From NCBI GenBank assembly GCA_012728445.1, contig JAAYFA010000315.1:1-30043 (forward strand): 30,043 nucleotides of DNA, given 5' to 3'. The notes under the pieces are model-generated. The model was given only the letters and a program-made list of their open reading frames with translations. It ran no database searches and was not told the DNA's origin. Position 1 is the first letter of the stretch. Each line of letters begins with the position of its first letter. Made by a program: the position numbers and the translations under genes. This document shows positions 27,750 through 30,043 of the stretch, in pieces. The DNA is from Clostridiales bacterium (GTDB taxonomy: Bacteria > Bacillota > Clostridia > Oscillospirales > Acutalibacteraceae).

Positions 27750-29969
27750 ATGGGTATTATCAATCGTGCAAACTGGATCAAAGGGGCACTGAAACTCGGT
27801 AAAGACGCCCCGACAAACACCTCCGCCATTGTATGGACTTCGGTCGTCAGCGATGTCGCGACGGATACCGGGCTTGATTTTACCAAAACGTTTGTCTGTA
27901 AAAGCGGCGTGAAGAAAGCTGAGCTACAGATTTCCGCTCTGGGTATTTATGAGGCAACACTCAACGGCGCTCGCATCGGTGATTTTATTTTTGCGCCGGG
28001 CTGGACCTGTAACGAGAAACGTGTGCAATACCAAAGCTACGACGTGACCGAGCAGTTAAAAAACGAAAACAATTTAACCGTCACCCTTGGCAGAGGCTGG
28101 CGTTATCTTGGCAAAAATCCGGAAATCATAACCAACGGATTCAGCAACAAAGACATGGCACTGATCGCGGTGCTTGAACTGGAATACGAAGATGGCACGA
28201 AAGAACTTATCACAACGGATAAAACTTGGCTTGTAGCGGAAAGCAAAATACGCTACAGCAACCTTTATAACGGAGATATTTATGACGCCGGTTTTATACC
28301 GGAAGGGTCGGTGCCTGCCATAGAGATAAACCATACCAAAGATATCCTGATTCCTCAGCAGGGCGAAAAAATAGTGGAAACAGAGCGTCTGCCGGCAAAA
28401 GAGCTGATGAACACACCAGCCGGCGAAACGGTGATCGATTTTGGACAAAATCTGACGGGGTATGTCGAGTTTAAAATCCGTGGTAAAAAGGGCGACAAAG
28501 CAACCGTGCAACATGCCGAAGTGCTCGATAAAGACGGTAATTTTTATACCGAGAACTTGCGCAGTGCCAAGCAGGAGATTATTTTTATTTGCGACGGGGA
28601 AGAGCATGTCTATAAGCCGGCATTGTCCTTCCAGGGTTTTCGCTATATCAAGCTGGTAAATTGGCCGGAATCTGTGAACCTGTCGGATTTTACCGCCATT
28701 GTTGTGCATTCCGATATGAAGCGCACCGGGCATTTTGAGTGTTCGGACCGAGATATAAACCAACTTTATAAAAATATCGTCTGGGGTCAGCGCGGCAACT
28801 TTCTCGATGTGCCAACCGACTGCCCCCAACGTGACGAGCGCTTGGGCTGGACAGGGGATGCGCAGGTGTTTGTACGTACGGCTTCCTATAATTTTGATGT
28901 CGAAAAGTTCTTCACAAAGTGGTTAGCCGATTTAGCGGCAGACCAATGCGAGAATGGCAGCGTGCCCCATGTTATCCCGGATGTTCTTGACAAGCAAGGC
29001 GGTTCCGCCGCTTGGGGAGATGCGGCAATCATTTGCCCTTGGCAGATGTATTTGACTTACGCCAACAAGGAAATACTAGCGGCTCAGTTTGACTCTATGA
29101 AAAAGTGGCTGGATTTTATTCAATCAAGGTCAAAGAATTTTATTTGGAATAAAGGCGACCATTTCGGCGACTGGCTCAATTTGGAAAAGGATGCAGGCAA
29201 TAAGGAAGCAGACAAAAAGCTTATCGCAACAGCGTTTGCCGCGTATTCTACTGCGCTGTTCGTAAAGGTAGGCAATTTACTGGGCAAGGATATGCAGGAA
29301 TATGAGTTGCTGCGGGACAACTATAAGGCGGCTTTTTGCAAAAAATATATCAAACACGGCAAAGTTGTTGGCAACACCCAGACCGCCTGTGTGTTGGCAC
29401 TCTATTTTGACTTGACAGATGAAAAAGAAGCGGTCGCCGCTCAGCTGGAAGGGCTGGTCAAAAAACACGGTCATTTAACCACCGGTTTTGTTGGCGCACC
29501 GTACCTGCTGCATGTCTTAACGGCAAACGGTTATGTGAAAACCGCCTATGATTTGCTGTTTAGAAAAGAGTACCCCTCGTGGCTCTACCCCATCGGTTTG
29601 GGCGCGACAACAATTTGGGAGCGCTGGAACGGCATCTGGCCGGACGGCACCATGGCCGACAAAGGCATGAACTCCTTCAACCATTACGCCTACGGCGCGG
29701 TTGGGGATTGGCTGTATGGAACCATGGGGGGGATTAATACGGATGAAAACGCCCCGGGATTTAAGCATATCATCTTTAAACCCATACCGGATGAGCGTCT
29801 TGATTATGTCAAAGCTTCTGTCCTGAGCCGCCACGGCGAAGTCAAAGCCGAATGGCAAAGGGTTGATGGTCAGGTGAAATATACCTTTACCGTGCCGCAA
29901 GGATGTACGGGGACGGCGACGGTGGATGGAGAGGTTACGGAGCTATCTGCCGGCGTAACTGAGCTTTAA
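27750..29969 (+). CDS. Alpha-L-rhamnosidase, glycoside hydrolase family 78, probably cytoplasmic
   Basis: 'SALGIYEATLNG', 'DFGQNLTG', 'VPTDCPQRDERLGWTGDAQVF', 'GATTIWERW', 'MNSFNHYAYGAVGDW'. No signal peptide. AGGAG RBS directly after the MATE stop. Confidence 0.93.
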   Translation: MGIINRANWIKGALKLGKDAPTNTSAIVWTSVVSDVATDTGLDFTKTFVCKSGVKKAELQISALGIYEATLNGARIGDFIFAPGWTCNEKRVQYQSYDVTEQLKNENNLTVTLGRGWRYLGKNPEIITNGFSNKDMALIAVLELEYEDGTKELITTDKTWLVAESKIRYSNLYNGDIYDAGFIPEGSVPAIEINHTKDILIPQQGEKIVETERLPAKELMNTPAGETVIDFGQNLTGYVEFKIRGKKGDKATVQHAEVLDKDGNFYTENLRSAKQEIIFICDGEEHVYKPALSFQGFRYIKLVNWPESVNLSDFTAIVVHSDMKRTGHFECSDRDINQLYKNIVWGQRGNFLDVPTDCPQRDERLGWTGDAQVFVRTASYNFDVEKFFTKWLADLAADQCENGSVPHVIPDVLDKQGGSAAWGDAAIICPWQMYLTYANKEILAAQFDSMKKWLDFIQSRSKNFIWNKGDHFGDWLNLEKDAGNKEADKKLIATAFAAYSTALFVKVGNLLGKDMQEYELLRDNYKAAFCKKYIKHGKVVGNTQTACVLALYFDLTDEKEAVAAQLEGLVKKHGHLTTGFVGAPYLLHVLTANGYVKTAYDLLFRKEYPSWLYPIGLGATTIWERWNGIWPDGTMADKGMNSFNHYAYGAVGDWLYGTMGGINTDENAPGFKHIIFKPIPDERLDYVKASVLSRHGEVKAEWQRVDGQVKYTFTVPQGCTGTATVDGEVTELSAGVTEL

Positions 29970-29992
29970 AAGGCCCCTTTTCCAATAGAGCT

Positions 29993-30043
29993 GTCATCTG
30001 CGGGACGACACAGTCATCTGCGGGACGACACAGTCATCTGCGG
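29993..30043. repeat. Perfect 20-bp tandem repeat (GTCATCTGCGGGACGACACA), at least 2.5 copies, truncated by the window end
   Basis: Identical units start at 29993, 30013 and 30033, with no spacers. Confidence 0.9.

Noticed and set aside
28074-28829. 251-aa minus-strand ORF inside the GH78 gene
   Set aside because: Shadow ORF with no motifs, fully overlapping a well-supported CDS.
1-30043. Genome-wide TAG reassignment (alternative genetic code)
   Set aside because: TAG ends eight genes at their expected lengths, including rplB, rplC and infA. Only one internal TAG was seen.
29993-30043. CRISPR array
   Set aside because: The repeats are head-to-tail with no spacers, the unit is only 20 bp, and there are no cas genes in view.
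1-30043. tRNA, rRNA, transposase or integrase genes
   Set aside because: No cloverleaf or T-loop signatures, rRNA segments, or DDE/tyrosine-recombinase motifs were recognised.

Overview
Chromosomal window from a Clostridia-class Firmicute; the protein sequences and gene order suggest Oscillospiraceae/Ruminococcaceae-like, which is an inference. It has four blocks. (1) 1-8217 is the 3' end of an exopolysaccharide/capsule locus: a partial GT4, a GT2, a polysaccharide pyruvyl transferase, a membrane-anchored GH88/GH105-like enzyme, then a separately promoted PHP tyrosine phosphatase and two tandem fused co-polymerase/BY-kinase genes. (2) 8301-9805 holds an NYN-domain protein and two related 45-46 aa amphipathic peptide genes that the ORF track misses, each with its own RBS and downstream hairpin. 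(3) 9891-25674 is the S10-spc-alpha ribosomal protein superoperon from rpsJ to rplQ. (4) 25725-30043 holds a GNAT acetyltransferase, a MATE transporter plus GH78 alpha-L-rhamnosidase pair, and a 20-bp tandem repeat running off the end. The main anomalies are: an in-frame TAG at the conserved Tyr of the S10 tetracycline-contact loop in rpsJ; the unannotated paralogous peptide pair; the duplicated fused BY-kinases; no adk between secY and map; and a 118-aa low-complexity tail on L17.
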